A stretch of 64,000 bases of DNA from an uncultured Planctomycetota bacterium (GCA_963750865.1 CAVVSQ010000002.1:14231-78230); one strand, 5' to 3'; positions 9,385-18,045 are shown, counted from the stretch's first letter. Program-made: numbers and translations. The notes: generated by a model not told the origin, from the sequence alone.

Positions 9385-10284
9385 ATGGCACGTCAAAATG
9401 ATATTCGCACTCAAGTGAATGGCAAAATCATCGAGGCCCTCGCCAAAGGACTCACCCCGTGGAAAAAGCCGTGGGTCGCCAGCAAGAATGCGGGAAATCC
9501 CGCAAACGCTGTGAGTGGACGCTCCTATCGAGGTATTAACCCTCTTCTCCTCGAACTTGCCGCCATGGACAAGGGTTTCAAATCGAAATGGTGGGGTACG
9601 TATCGCCAATGGCAAGGCTTGGGTGCGCAGGTCAAAGGTGGCGAGCGTGGCACCCGAATCGTATTTTGGTCCCCCGTCAAGCGGACAAGTAAAAACGAGG
9701 TCGGCGAAGAAACGCAGACGACGTTCCCACTTATGCGTGAATACACGGTGTTCAATGCCGACCAATGCCAAGGAACTGAGCGGTTTGCGGTCGAGCCTGC
9801 CAGCGGCACCACCGCCGTGGACTTCGAGCCTGCCGAAAACGTCATTGGAACCACAGGAGCCGATATCAGGCACCTCGCTGGTGACAAAGCAGCCTACCAC
9901 CGTCCGCCGCACGATTTCATTGTTCTGCCAACGAAAAGCCAATTTAACCAAGCACCCTTTGGCTTGGCTGGCTATTACGCGACGGCGTTCCATGAGCTAA
10001 TGCACTGGAGCGAACATCGCGTTAGCTGGAGCGGTAGCTACGCTCTTGGTGAACTTCGTGCCGAAATTGGGGCAGCCTACCTCGCCGCCGAAATCGGCAT
10101 CCCCATCGCGGACAATCTCGAAAACCACGCGAAATACCTCGACTCGTGGCTCAAGACGATGCAAGCCGATGCCAAAGTAATCTTCCAAATCACTTCGGCA
10201 GCAAGCAAAGGTGCAGATTTCATCCTCTCCTTCAGCCGCGAACCTCAGCCGAAACCACAAGAAGAAGAACTGGTGACCGCTTGA
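9385..10284 (+). CDS. ardC: ArdC-like antirestriction protein (ssDNA-binding N-domain plus zincin-like HExxH C-domain), copy 1
   Basis: KIIEALAKGLTPWKKPW...SGRSYRGINPLLL...KWWGTYRQWQGLGAQVKGGERGTRIVFW and FHELMHWSEHR...ELRAEIGAAYL. ATG at 9385. Confidence 0.9.
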   Translation: MARQNDIRTQVNGKIIEALAKGLTPWKKPWVASKNAGNPANAVSGRSYRGINPLLLELAAMDKGFKSKWWGTYRQWQGLGAQVKGGERGTRIVFWSPVKRTSKNEVGEETQTTFPLMREYTVFNADQCQGTERFAVEPASGTTAVDFEPAENVIGTTGADIRHLAGDKAAYHRPPHDFIVLPTKSQFNQAPFGLAGYYATAFHELMHWSEHRVSWSGSYALGELRAEIGAAYLAAEIGIPIADNLENHAKYLDSWLKTMQADAKVIFQITSAASKGADFILSFSREPQPKPQEEELVTA

Positions 10285-10385
10285 CCGGAGCCAGGCAAAA
10301 CAATCTTCAACGGCGGAGCTTGACAACGGCGGTTCCAGACGATCATGTGATCGCCGAGAACACAAGAACGGAATCGGCCAACAGT

Positions 10386-10400
10386 GTAAGTCGTACTAGA
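10386..10400 (+). promoter_or_regulatory. conserved island motif copy 2 (GTAAGTCGTACTAGA)
   Basis: Ends 22 nt before the ardC-2 ATG. Confidence 0.5.
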
Positions 10401-10421
10401 TTCTCTCGGAGGCAAACAAGA

Positions 10422-11285
10422 ATGTGCGACATCCATGAAAAGGTAACGAATCAAATCCTGGACGCTCTGAAAAACCAAGGTCCCATACCTTGGCGGAACT
10501 CTTGGTTGGCTCATGAAAACGCAGGCTACCCGATGAACGTGCTGTCCAACTTTCCTTATCGGGGTGTCAATGTCATCCTCCTGCAAATGGAGGCCAACGA
10601 GCGCGGCTACTTGTCCAAATGGTGGGCGACGCCTTCGGCTTGGAAGTTCAGGGGTTGCCCGGTCAAGGCGAACCAGGCGGGAACAGAAGTTTGTTTGCAG
10701 GACAAAAAAGGACTGCGCTGCGAGGCGCTGTTTAACGCGGAACAATGCGAAGGGGCGGACAGATACTTGGTCACAGACTTCGGTGTTGGCTTAACCAATT
10801 GGGATGCGGCTGATGAGGTTATCGCGGCCACTCGGGCGGACATCAGGCATGTGCCTGGCACCCAAGCCGCCTATTTTCGGTTGCCGAAGGATTACATCAT
10901 CGTGCCCTTAAAAGAACAATTTGTGGAAGGGGGATATGGCGTCATTGCGTATTACGGAACAATATTTCACGAGTTGGTTCATTGGTCGGAGCATCGCCTC
11001 GGATGGTTTGCCAATCCCGCTTTGCCCCTGGCTCCCCGGTACACCATCGGGGAATTGCGAGCAGAACTGGGGGCCTGCTTCATGGCTGGACAGTTGAGGG
11101 TTCCTCCGCCAAACAGCTTCGCGCATTTTTTACAGTTTGTTGGCAAGTGGGAGAAAGTGATGAGCGCCGACCACACGGCGATTTTCGACATTGCCGCCGC
11201 CGCCAGTGATGCCGTGGATTTCATATTGTCGTTCAGCCAACGTTCGCAACCCGCGACCAAGAAAAAGGGCCTGGTGACGGCATGA
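10422..11285 (+). CDS. ardC: ArdC-like antirestriction protein, copy 2 (divergent paralogue)
   Basis: QILDALKNQGPIPWRNSW...NFPYRGVNVILL...KWWATPSAWKFRGCPVKANQAGTEV and FHELVHWSEHRLGW...ELRAELGACFM. ATG at 10422. Confidence 0.9.
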   Translation: MCDIHEKVTNQILDALKNQGPIPWRNSWLAHENAGYPMNVLSNFPYRGVNVILLQMEANERGYLSKWWATPSAWKFRGCPVKANQAGTEVCLQDKKGLRCEALFNAEQCEGADRYLVTDFGVGLTNWDAADEVIAATRADIRHVPGTQAAYFRLPKDYIIVPLKEQFVEGGYGVIAYYGTIFHELVHWSEHRLGWFANPALPLAPRYTIGELRAELGACFMAGQLRVPPPNSFAHFLQFVGKWEKVMSADHTAIFDIAAAASDAVDFILSFSQRSQPATKKKGLVTA

Positions 11286-11521
11286 TTCGTTACTACCAAG
11301 AACGCGACACCGGCGATTACTTGTGCATCGACACGGCGACGAACCGCTACTACCTCGACATTTTTGGCAAGGACCATTTTGAGGGTCGGGCAACGGCCAT
11401 TGCCGGACTGGTCGGGTCGGTCTGCACGACAGGCATCTGCAGGGAGTATCTTCAGAAAAAATGCAAGCGAGTGGCTCGGCAAAATGTGCCAATCAAATGG
11501 CAAACGGCCATCGGCTATTAA
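11282..11521 (+). CDS. hypothetical protein
   Basis: 79-aa ORF whose ATG overlaps the ardC-2 stop (ATGA), suggesting translational coupling. Confidence 0.5.
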   Translation: MIRYYQERDTGDYLCIDTATNRYYLDIFGKDHFEGRATAIAGLVGSVCTTGICREYLQKKCKRVARQNVPIKWQTAIGY

Positions 11522-11531
11522 GGACAAAATC

Positions 11532-12482
11532 ATGTCGGAAAACCAGGAAATCAATGACGTGACGCCCACCGCCCTGGGTCACATCGTTGGTCAGCGGTCG
11601 GTATTGGACCAGGTGCGGGTCGCCATTGAGGCGGCGTTTGCGGATGGCAAAAAGTTTGACCACGCCTTGCTCGTGGGTCCACCCGGCCTCGGGAAAACTG
11701 CAAGTCGCTGCTATAATCGCCAGCGAAATGGCGACGGAGTTCCACGAGGTGCTTGGGCAAAGCATCAAGAATCCAGGCGACTTGAACGCCGTGCTGCTGG
11801 CGGCAAAGGATAAAGACATCGTCCATTTTGACGAAGCCCATGAACTAAGAAAGCCGTTTCAAACAAGCTTGTATCGGGCGGTCGAAGGCCGAAAGCTCTT
11901 CATCGAAGGCAGGTCCAGCAAAGTACAAAACATCCCCTTGGCGGATTTTTCGGTTTTGCTCAGCACCACCGATGAATATTGCCTGCTGCAACCCCTTCGG
12001 ACCGCATGAAATTGTTGCTGCGGTTTGAATTCTACTCCGAGGAAGAACTGGCAATTCTATTGCAGCAACGGACCCATGGTTTGACCTGGATCGTGGAAGA
12101 AGTGGTCTTTTCGCTGATTGCCCAGCGTTCCCGAGGCACACCCAGGTTGGCCCTTCGTCTCTTCAATCGGCTCGCCGCGTCTGTCGAGCGGAAGGTGAAA
12201 GAGCCATCGGCCTAAATCACCTAGAACGAGCTTGCCTCTTGGAACAAATCGACTGCCTGGGCTTGGGACATATCGAGCAGGAATACCTCCGCATTTTGGC
12301 AGGCGGTGACAGCCGGTTGAACGTGATAGCCAGTCGGTTGGGATTACCGGCACGCACCGTGAGCCAGGTTTCCGAGCCGTTTCTTATCGGGTCGGCTTGG
12401 TGGTCAAGGACGATAGGGGCGGCGGCAATTAACCCAATTTGGCAGGGAGCATCTGTCCAAAAGTCGCCCAGAAGATGTCTAA
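11532..12482 (+). pseudogene. RuvB-like AAA+ ATPase paralogue, at least 5 frameshifts, IS630 at its 3' end
   Basis: Pieces in three frames: GPPGLGKT / VAAIIASEMATEFHE...IVHFDEAHEL / PLRDRMKLLLRFEFYSEEEL...SRGTPRLALRLF / RRVCRAEGERAIGLNHLE...LGLGHIEQEYLRIL...EPFLI / LVVKDDRG / RRQLTQFGREHL. Order and motifs follow RuvB. Confidence 0.8.
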
Positions 12483-13680
12483 ATAGCCGTGCGCGATTAT
12501 GCGACACGTCGCCACGTGGGTCTGTACCGAGCGTACCGACGTGCGGCGCGGGTGTTGCGCTGGTGTAACTCATAGCGGACCGCACGCATTAGAGTGACCA
12601 TGTTGGGACATTGATGGTTGCGCGTTACCTTCGCATGTAGATCGCGCCATCTCAGTTCGATCCGGTTGTCATTGGGACAATAGGGCGGCAAAAAGTGCAG
12701 GACAATGCGTCCACCCCATTGTTGCAGCGCACAGTTCGCTATCTTGCTGGTATGAATACGATAGTTATCCACGATCAGATGAATGACACGCGCTTCGGGA
12801 TAACGATCGACCAGCTTGGCCAAGAGGGCCACGAATAAAACGCTGTTTTTTTGCTTGCCCTCCACCCAGTACAACAAGCCCGTCCGCGCATCCAACGCCC
12901 CGGCCAAGTAACGTTTCTCGTTTTGCCCCGGCGTCACCACCTGCTTTTGCAAGCCCGGCAACATCCAGTCCCAGCCGATCTTGGGATTCAAATGGATGTC
13001 CACCTCGTCGCCATACAAGGCGACTTCGTTGGCCGGCAAAGTGTCCAACAGCCGGCGAATGGTGTTCAAACGCCGTGTTTTCGCGGCCGCCGCCCACGGG
13101 CAACGCACCACCGGTCGCGGGCGTCCACGCCGGGCACCCAGACGACGCAAGGCTCGGCTCATCGTGCCGACGTGGACGCGCACGCCGGTCTGGCGCACCA
13201 TCGTTTTGACCAACAACTCGCGGGTCCAGGTTGGACGCCGCCAACCGTAGGAGTGTGGCTGCTTCAGGACAGCCCAATACAAGGCATCCAGATAGGCTTC
13301 GTCCAATTTCAAGCAGCCATTGTCCTCACGGCGGTCAAACAAACCAAGCTCGCCCTGCTCGCGGAAACGGGCCGCAACGCGATAGATCGTCGAGCGATGA
13401 ACCCGCAGCACCGAGCCATATGGCGGACCGAATGACCATTGAGAAGGCCGATGACAATCAGATAATGGGTGCGCAGCAGAGGAACGCGACAACGCCGAAA
13501 ATGGCGGTTCAGCTTGTCCTTGAAGGCCCCGCGAACTTTGGGGATAATACCAGTATTGTGCATGGGAGCTCCCTCCTTGACGGACAGCGATAAACTGTAG
13601 GAGGCGAGTTCCCATGTTTTGCTTTCTACCTTGAATTTAAGCGGCCGCAGCTGTGTCGCACAATCGCGCACGGCTATTTA
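12480..13680 (-). mobile_element. IS630-family insertion sequence
   Basis: 28-bp terminal inverted repeats TAAATAGCCGTGCGCGATTATGCGACAC (12480..12507) and reverse complement at 13653..13680 (1 mismatch). TA at both junctions, as expected for the IS630/Tc1 target duplication. Confidence 0.9.
12497..13563 (-). pseudogene. IS630-family transposase, -1 frame break near 13414
   Basis: N-terminal HTH frame from ATG 13563 (MHNTGIIP...LLNGHSVRHMA) continues as SVLRVHRSTIYRVAARFREQGE...DDE_3 core (YGDEVDIHLNPKIG...IVDNYRIHTS...LPPYCPNDNRIE) in ORF 12497..13615. No slippery heptamer at the junction. Confidence 0.85.
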
Positions 13681-13703
13681 GGTTTTGTTCAAAAGGTGTT
13701 CAA

Positions 13704-14171
13704 ATGTTTGCCGAAACAAAGGCCGTCGTGACAGTGTCCGAGATGGCCCGCATGTGCGGTTTGAGTCGCGCGAGATTTTACCAGCTTCAGCACATCGGCG
13801 TGTTCCCACCGCCACTATACGATGTGTCCACTCGTCGTCCAATTTATGTCGAAGAACTGCAAAAAGTGTGTCTGGAAGTACGGCGAAGGAACTGCGGCAT
13901 CAACGGCAAGCCGGTTCTTTTTTACGCTCGCCACCTTGGGTCACCAGTGGCCAAAGGTCCAAAAACCAAAAAGCCCCCGAAAGACAATCGACACGCCGAC
14001 CTCATCGGGGCACTGCACTCCCTCGGCCTGACGACCGCCACTGCTTCCAAGGTCGAGATGGCGGTCAAGTATTTGTTTCCGCAAGGGACAGGCGAGACGG
14101 ATAAAGCCGAGGTCATCCGAGCTGTGTTCGTCCATCTGAAGCGTCAGAATCCGGGTGATAACGTGGGGTGA
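13704..14171 (+). CDS. excisionase/AlpA-like HTH DNA-binding protein
   Basis: From ATG 13704: VTVSEMARMCGLSRARFYQLQHIGVFPPP is a MerR/excisionase-type HTH. Lies directly upstream of the recombinase. The ORF-track start 13653 lies inside the IS630 inverted repeat. Confidence 0.55.
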   Translation: MFAETKAVVTVSEMARMCGLSRARFYQLQHIGVFPPPLYDVSTRRPIYVEELQKVCLEVRRRNCGINGKPVLFYARHLGSPVAKGPKTKKPPKDNRHADLIGALHSLGLTTATASKVEMAVKYLFPQGTGETDKAEVIRAVFVHLKRQNPGDNVG

Positions 14172-14240
14172 TAAGTGCCATTATCACCCGAGTTAAGCAC
14201 CCGAAGTGTCAACTTTCTGTCGAATTGCTGGAGATAAGCC

Positions 14241-15152
14241 ATGAAGAATTGGGGCGATAATGTTTTTGACCATATCGCGGTCGGGCCGGAGGACGCCCCA
14301 CTGTTTGGTCGCTTCCTGGCTGCCCATGACTTTTCGGGGAACAGTCGGCGGGCCTTCATCCAGGACGTGCGGAAGTTCGCCAGGTGGTTCGCCTCGGCAA
14401 ACAAGGAACCGTTTCGGGTCGAGCCGTGTGACCATGAGGCACGTGACCGATTTCCGCGACCACCTTCGTCGGCAGGAAGGTCAAGCGGTGGCAACAGTCA
14501 ACCGCTGTTTGGTAACTCTTCGGCGCTACTTTGGCTGGCTGGTTGAGCAAGGCCACATCGTCACAAATCCTGCGAAAGCCGTGAAGGAACTCCACCGAGT
14601 CCAGCTTGGCCGAAGGGTCTGGAGCGGAGCGTTGTCCGCCGTCTGCTGCGGGAAGTGGAGTTGCGCGAGGATGTTCGCGCGGGGGCAATCTTCTCCCTCT
14701 TCTTGTGGACCGGAGCAAGGGTTTCCGACGCCGAGAACATGGAGCTATCCGACGTAATGCTGACGGAACGAGGCGGCACGGTCATCTTCCGTTTTGGCAA
14801 AGGCAACAAACAACGTTCCGTCCCTTTGCCGCTTCCCGCACGACGTGCCTTGCAAACCTACTTGGAAACACGCCCACTCGTCGAAAGCCAAAACGTTTTC
14901 ATCGGCGAACGCGGCCCTTTGAGCGACCGGGGCATTCGGGCTTTGTGCGACAAATATTCCGCGATCATTGGCGTCAGCCTGCACCCGCATTTGTTCCGGC
15001 ACACGATGGCCCATCAGTTCCTTGCAGATAACAGTAACGACCTGGTGGGCCTGGCTCAAATCCTCGGCCACGAGAACTTGAACACCACGGCAAGATACAC
15101 GAAGCGAACCAGCGAGCAATTGTCAGAAGCCGCCGACCGCCTCACTTATTGA
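14241..15152 (+). pseudogene. tyrosine recombinase (XerC/D-like integrase), two frameshifts
   Basis: N-terminal SAM-like domain in frames 14241.. and 14260.. (RAFIQDVRKFARWF / VTDFRDHLRRQEGQAVATVNRCLVTLRRYFGWLV). Catalytic domain in 14655..15152 (TGARVSD...GKGNKQR...HLFRHTMA...[12 protein letters not shown]). Breaks near 14425 and 14615. Confidence 0.85.
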
Positions 15153-15251
15153 CTGTGGCACTGGCTAAAACCAATGTGAAACGCATGGAATTTGCACTTT
15201 CAGACAGAATCGAAGTTCATGCCGCCAGGCTGACCAGTTGACTCCATAGCT

Positions 15252-15509
15252 TTAAGGTCCTACAGGTGGTTCCGCTTCTCGTTTGTCTCGTTTGAGTCGC
15301 ATTGCCTTGACGTTGAAATACCACCCTGCCAATAAAACCAGCAACGCAGTCGGAGTGCCGATTAGATAACGTAGTGTCGGCGAAATCTCCGGGCCAGGTG
15401 TAAGGCTAAACTGTACTGGATTGAGTAGCGGATAATACACAAACCCTAATGCGATAACCCCCGATAAAGCAAGAGTCGCCGCGAAGATCGAGTAAAATGA
15501 TGTTTTCAT
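15252..15509 (-). CDS. small two-TM membrane protein
   Basis: ATG 15509. Two hydrophobic helices and a basic C-terminus. Low GC. The only minus-strand ORF inside the island core. Confidence 0.45.
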   Translation of the reverse strand: MKTSFYSIFAATLALSGVIALGFVYYPLLNPVQFSLTPGPEISPTLRYLIGTPTALLVLLAGWYFNVKAMRLKRDKREAEPPVGP

Positions 15510-15632
15510 ATGTGCTACCAATGAGACAGTAGGAAGCTACGTCGGTCAGCATACCACCTCCTACGCGGCATATCAATAACGTACTCCGTCTGGGCCTTCT
15601 CACTGCGGCGGGCACTGGCATTCTCATCTGCC

Positions 15633-15649
15633 GTAAGCCGTACTAGAAA
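15633..15649 (+). promoter_or_regulatory. conserved island motif copy 3 (GTAAGCCGTACTAGAAA)
   Basis: Ends 44 nt before ATG 15693, at the head of the small-gene array. Confidence 0.5.
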
Positions 15650-15692
15650 TCGACATGGCAAAGTCAGTGGCCTTCAAACCTAGGAGACAACC

Positions 15693-15821
15693 ATGCCTGA
15701 GTTCGATTTCGACGGCTTTTTCGACGGAGCAGATGAGCTCGATGACGGGATGGATCAAGGCAGCGAGTACGAGGATGGCTTCAGCCTCTTCGACCCGGAC
15801 ATGCAAGATAACGCTGATTAA
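15693..15821 (+). CDS. 42-aa hyper-acidic peptide
   Basis: AGGAGA 6 nt upstream of ATG. MPEFDFDGFFDGADELDDGMDQGSEYEDGFSLFDPDMQDNAD. Below the ORF-track cut-off. The next gene starts 14 nt after its stop. Confidence 0.45.
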   Translation: MPEFDFDGFFDGADELDDGMDQGSEYEDGFSLFDPDMQDNAD

Positions 15822-15834
15822 GGGGGGCAAGCTG

Positions 15835-16029
15835 ATGGACATCGTGGACAAAGTCATTGCTTATGAGGATGGCACTTTGGACGAACAGGCGACGATTGCC
15901 TTTTTCCAAGAACTCATCGACTCCGGTTGGGTTTGGCAGTTGCAAGGTCGCTATGGTCGAACCGCCGCGAGCCTTATTGAGGCGGGCCTATGCACGCGGA
16001 GACCGGTTAAACGAGATCGTGAAGGTTGA
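15835..16029 (+). CDS. small conserved phage/plasmid-type protein
   Basis: MDIVDKVIAYEDGTLDEQATIAFFQELIDSGWVWQLQGRYGRTAASLIEAGLC. I recall this pattern from mobile-element small proteins, with no family name. Confidence 0.5.
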   Translation: MDIVDKVIAYEDGTLDEQATIAFFQELIDSGWVWQLQGRYGRTAASLIEAGLCTRRPVKRDREG

Positions 16030-16032
16030 ACC

Positions 16033-16383
16033 ATGGACGCTTTTCTCAACGCCTACATCGTCGCCGCCCTCTGGTCGTCAAACGACGAAGCCACACCAGA
16101 GGGCGGCGAACCGCTTGACGCAAATTACGGTCCCAACGACCTCCATGCCGAGACTCTTGAAAAAATGAAAGCCGATTGCGACAGGTTCCAGGCCGAGAAT
16201 GCCACGGACATCGCAGGAAGCGAGGAAAGAGCTGGCCACGACTTTTGGCTAACCAGAAATCATCACGGCTGCGGCTTTTGGGATGGCGACTGGCCCGAAG
16301 CGGGGGAACGCCTCACTCAAGCGTGCAGAAACTTCCCTGAGGTCAATCTCTACGTGGGGGACGACGGCTGGATTTACTGCTGA
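16033..16383 (+). CDS. conserved ICE/plasmid accessory protein
   Basis: AALWSS...AGHDFWLTRNHHGCGFWDGDW pattern recalled from ICE/plasmid accessory regions. Starts 4 nt after the upstream stop. Confidence 0.6.
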   Translation: MDAFLNAYIVAALWSSNDEATPEGGEPLDANYGPNDLHAETLEKMKADCDRFQAENATDIAGSEERAGHDFWLTRNHHGCGFWDGDWPEAGERLTQACRNFPEVNLYVGDDGWIYC

Positions 16384-16408
16384 TTCCCGAACAGGGAAAG
16401 ACAAAACA

Positions 16409-16627
16409 ATGTACGCACTTGTCGAAACTCGTGGCGGTATCGTGTCCGGTGTCACCTTACACGATACCCATATCGACGCGATTAATCGAGCCTGCCACAT
16501 CGCCGAGCAAAACGGTCTATGTGAAACCGACGAGGCCAAGCAAGAAGTTCTCGACGCCTTGGGAAGCCATGACTCCTACCGATGCGGCCATTACCGCGTC
16601 ACTGTCGTTGAAGCGATCAAAACTTAA
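16409..16627 (+). CDS. small hypothetical protein
   Basis: 72 aa from ATG 16409, co-directional and closely packed. Confidence 0.5.
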   Translation: MYALVETRGGIVSGVTLHDTHIDAINRACHIAEQNGLCETDEAKQEVLDALGSHDSYRCGHYRVTVVEAIKT

Positions 16628-16642
16628 TGGGGGGACTTCACC

Positions 16643-16912
16643 ATGGGCCTCACGGCAAAAGAATTAGCTCAAGCGGTCCGCGATGAACGCATGGAATTCG
16701 ATGATGCCCTGATGGAATTGCTCATGCAAAACCAGCCCGACCAGCCCGACCTGGGGTTCTTCATGATGCTTAAAGTCGCAATCGGCTACGCGAAATTAGA
16801 CCGCTGGGACAAGCAACTCGCAATATCCGATGACGACAGCTTGAGCGTGCGTGACATCATCGAGAGATTTGACCTGGGGCCGTTTCTTGAGATCGACGCA
16901 AATGAGGATTGA
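16643..16912 (+). CDS. small acidic hypothetical protein
   Basis: Intact 89-aa ORF, 15 nt after the previous stop. Confidence 0.5.
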   Translation: MGLTAKELAQAVRDERMEFDDALMELLMQNQPDQPDLGFFMMLKVAIGYAKLDRWDKQLAISDDDSLSVRDIIERFDLGPFLEIDANED

Positions 16913-17045
16913 GAATTTCCGGGCATGGCAGGCCACAGCTTCGAGGACACATTGGAGCTAGAACGGCGTAAAGAACATTTGAATCTAAGGCGCACTCAAA
17001 GCGATGTCCAGGCGACCGACGAGAAAGAAACAAAGGAACGCTGCG

Positions 17046-17252
17046 ATGCTTGAACCGCATGATTTTCAGGTAAGCAACGAAGGCACCATTTGGCTGTTCA
17101 CGCCACTAAACGAACGTGCCAACACCTTTGCTCAGACCGAACTTGGACTGGAAGCATGGCAATGGGTCGGAGATGGTTTTGCCATCGAACATCGCATTGC
17201 TCGCCAACTTGTTCAGTCCTTAAAGGAAGAAGGCTTTGAGTTTCAAAAGTAA
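17046..17252 (+). CDS. small hypothetical protein
   Basis: ORF 17004..17252 trimmed to ATG 17046 (MLEPHDFQVSNEGTIWLF...). Confidence 0.45.
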   Translation: MLEPHDFQVSNEGTIWLFTPLNERANTFAQTELGLEAWQWVGDGFAIEHRIARQLVQSLKEEGFEFQK

Positions 17253-17281
17253 GCCGTGGATCGTCCACAACAACGGTTTGC

Positions 17282-17298
17282 GTAAGTCGTACTAGAAA
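17282..17298 (+). promoter_or_regulatory. conserved island motif copy 4 (GTAAGTCGTACTAGAAA)
   Basis: Ends 39 nt before ATG 17337. The flank AACGGCA resembles copy 1 (ACGGCCA). Confidence 0.55.
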
Positions 17299-17336
17299 AC
17301 GGCAGAGTGGCAAACAAACACGAAAAAGGAGCCATC

Positions 17337-17582
17337 ATGCCTGACCCAACCGAAGCCATCCGTCGCCAACGTATCGTCGAAATCAATATTGAGCCTGGCA
17401 GTCGTCAATCCCTGGAGTCCCAACACGGCCAGGTGTGGGACACCGACGAACTTGGCGAGGCTTTTGAGGTGATTGGCTTCATGGCACCGTTTGTGGTTGT
17501 CTCCCGGAAAGCCGACGGCGAAAAAGGCAGCCTGGAATTTCAACATGAGCCCCGGTTTTATTTCAATTTTCAACCGCATTGA
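17337..17582 (+). CDS. small hypothetical protein
   Basis: AAGGAG 7 nt upstream of ATG 17337. 81 aa. Confidence 0.55.
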   Translation: MPDPTEAIRRQRIVEINIEPGSRQSLESQHGQVWDTDELGEAFEVIGFMAPFVVVSRKADGEKGSLEFQHEPRFYFNFQPH

Positions 17583-17594
17583 CGAGAGGGCAAC

Positions 17595-18020
17595 ATGGAC
17601 AAAGACCCCGAGTATCTGACCATCAAATATCTCTGCCCCAACTGCAACTTAAAATGGGAAGAGCAGTGGACATGTGCCTGCGACTCGGAATGTCCGAATT
17701 GTGGTCTGAGCAACATTATGGCACTTTCGTGGGATACAGCCCGAGGTAAACGACTGTTCCGTCTCGGTGAAGTCGTCGCCACACCAGCAGCCTTGGCAGC
17801 TCTGGACGAGAGCGGTCAAACGCCGGACTTTTTTTTCGACCGCCATGCTGCGGGCCAGTGGGGTCTCATTGACCAAGACGATGCGCGGCTCAATGACAAG
17901 GCAGTACGCAACGGCAACTGGATTCTCTCGGTTTACCAAACCCTCAAAGGCAAAACGTTCTGGATCATCACCGAGAGCGACCGAAGCGTCACGACGCTCT
18001 TGCTGCCCGAAGAGCGTTGA
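17595..18020 (+). CDS. zinc-ribbon fused to a widespread ICE/plasmid small-protein domain
   Basis: N-terminus CPNC...C.C...CPNC. C-terminus VATPAALAAL...GQWGLIDQDD...ILSVY......FWIITESDRSVTTLLLPEE matches the family recalled as ..GDWG.L...D...N..A......S.Y......IWIITE.DRS.TT.LLPEEY. Confidence 0.65.
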   Translation: MDKDPEYLTIKYLCPNCNLKWEEQWTCACDSECPNCGLSNIMALSWDTARGKRLFRLGEVVATPAALAALDESGQTPDFFFDRHAAGQWGLIDQDDARLNDKAVRNGNWILSVYQTLKGKTFWIITESDRSVTTLLLPEER

Positions 18021-18045
18021 CCAAACTTAAAAGGATGAATTAGCG

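Noticed and set aside
9307-9993. 228-aa minus-strand ORF
   Set aside because: It is antisense to ardC-1 and has no recognisable features.
13405-13420. Programmed -1 ribosomal frameshift in the IS630 transposase
   Set aside because: There is no slippery heptamer or obvious downstream structure, and the window is full of similar 1-nt breaks in unrelated genes.
12851-13435. 194-aa plus-strand ORF inside the IS630
   Set aside because: It is antisense to the transposase, which carries the DDE_3 motifs.
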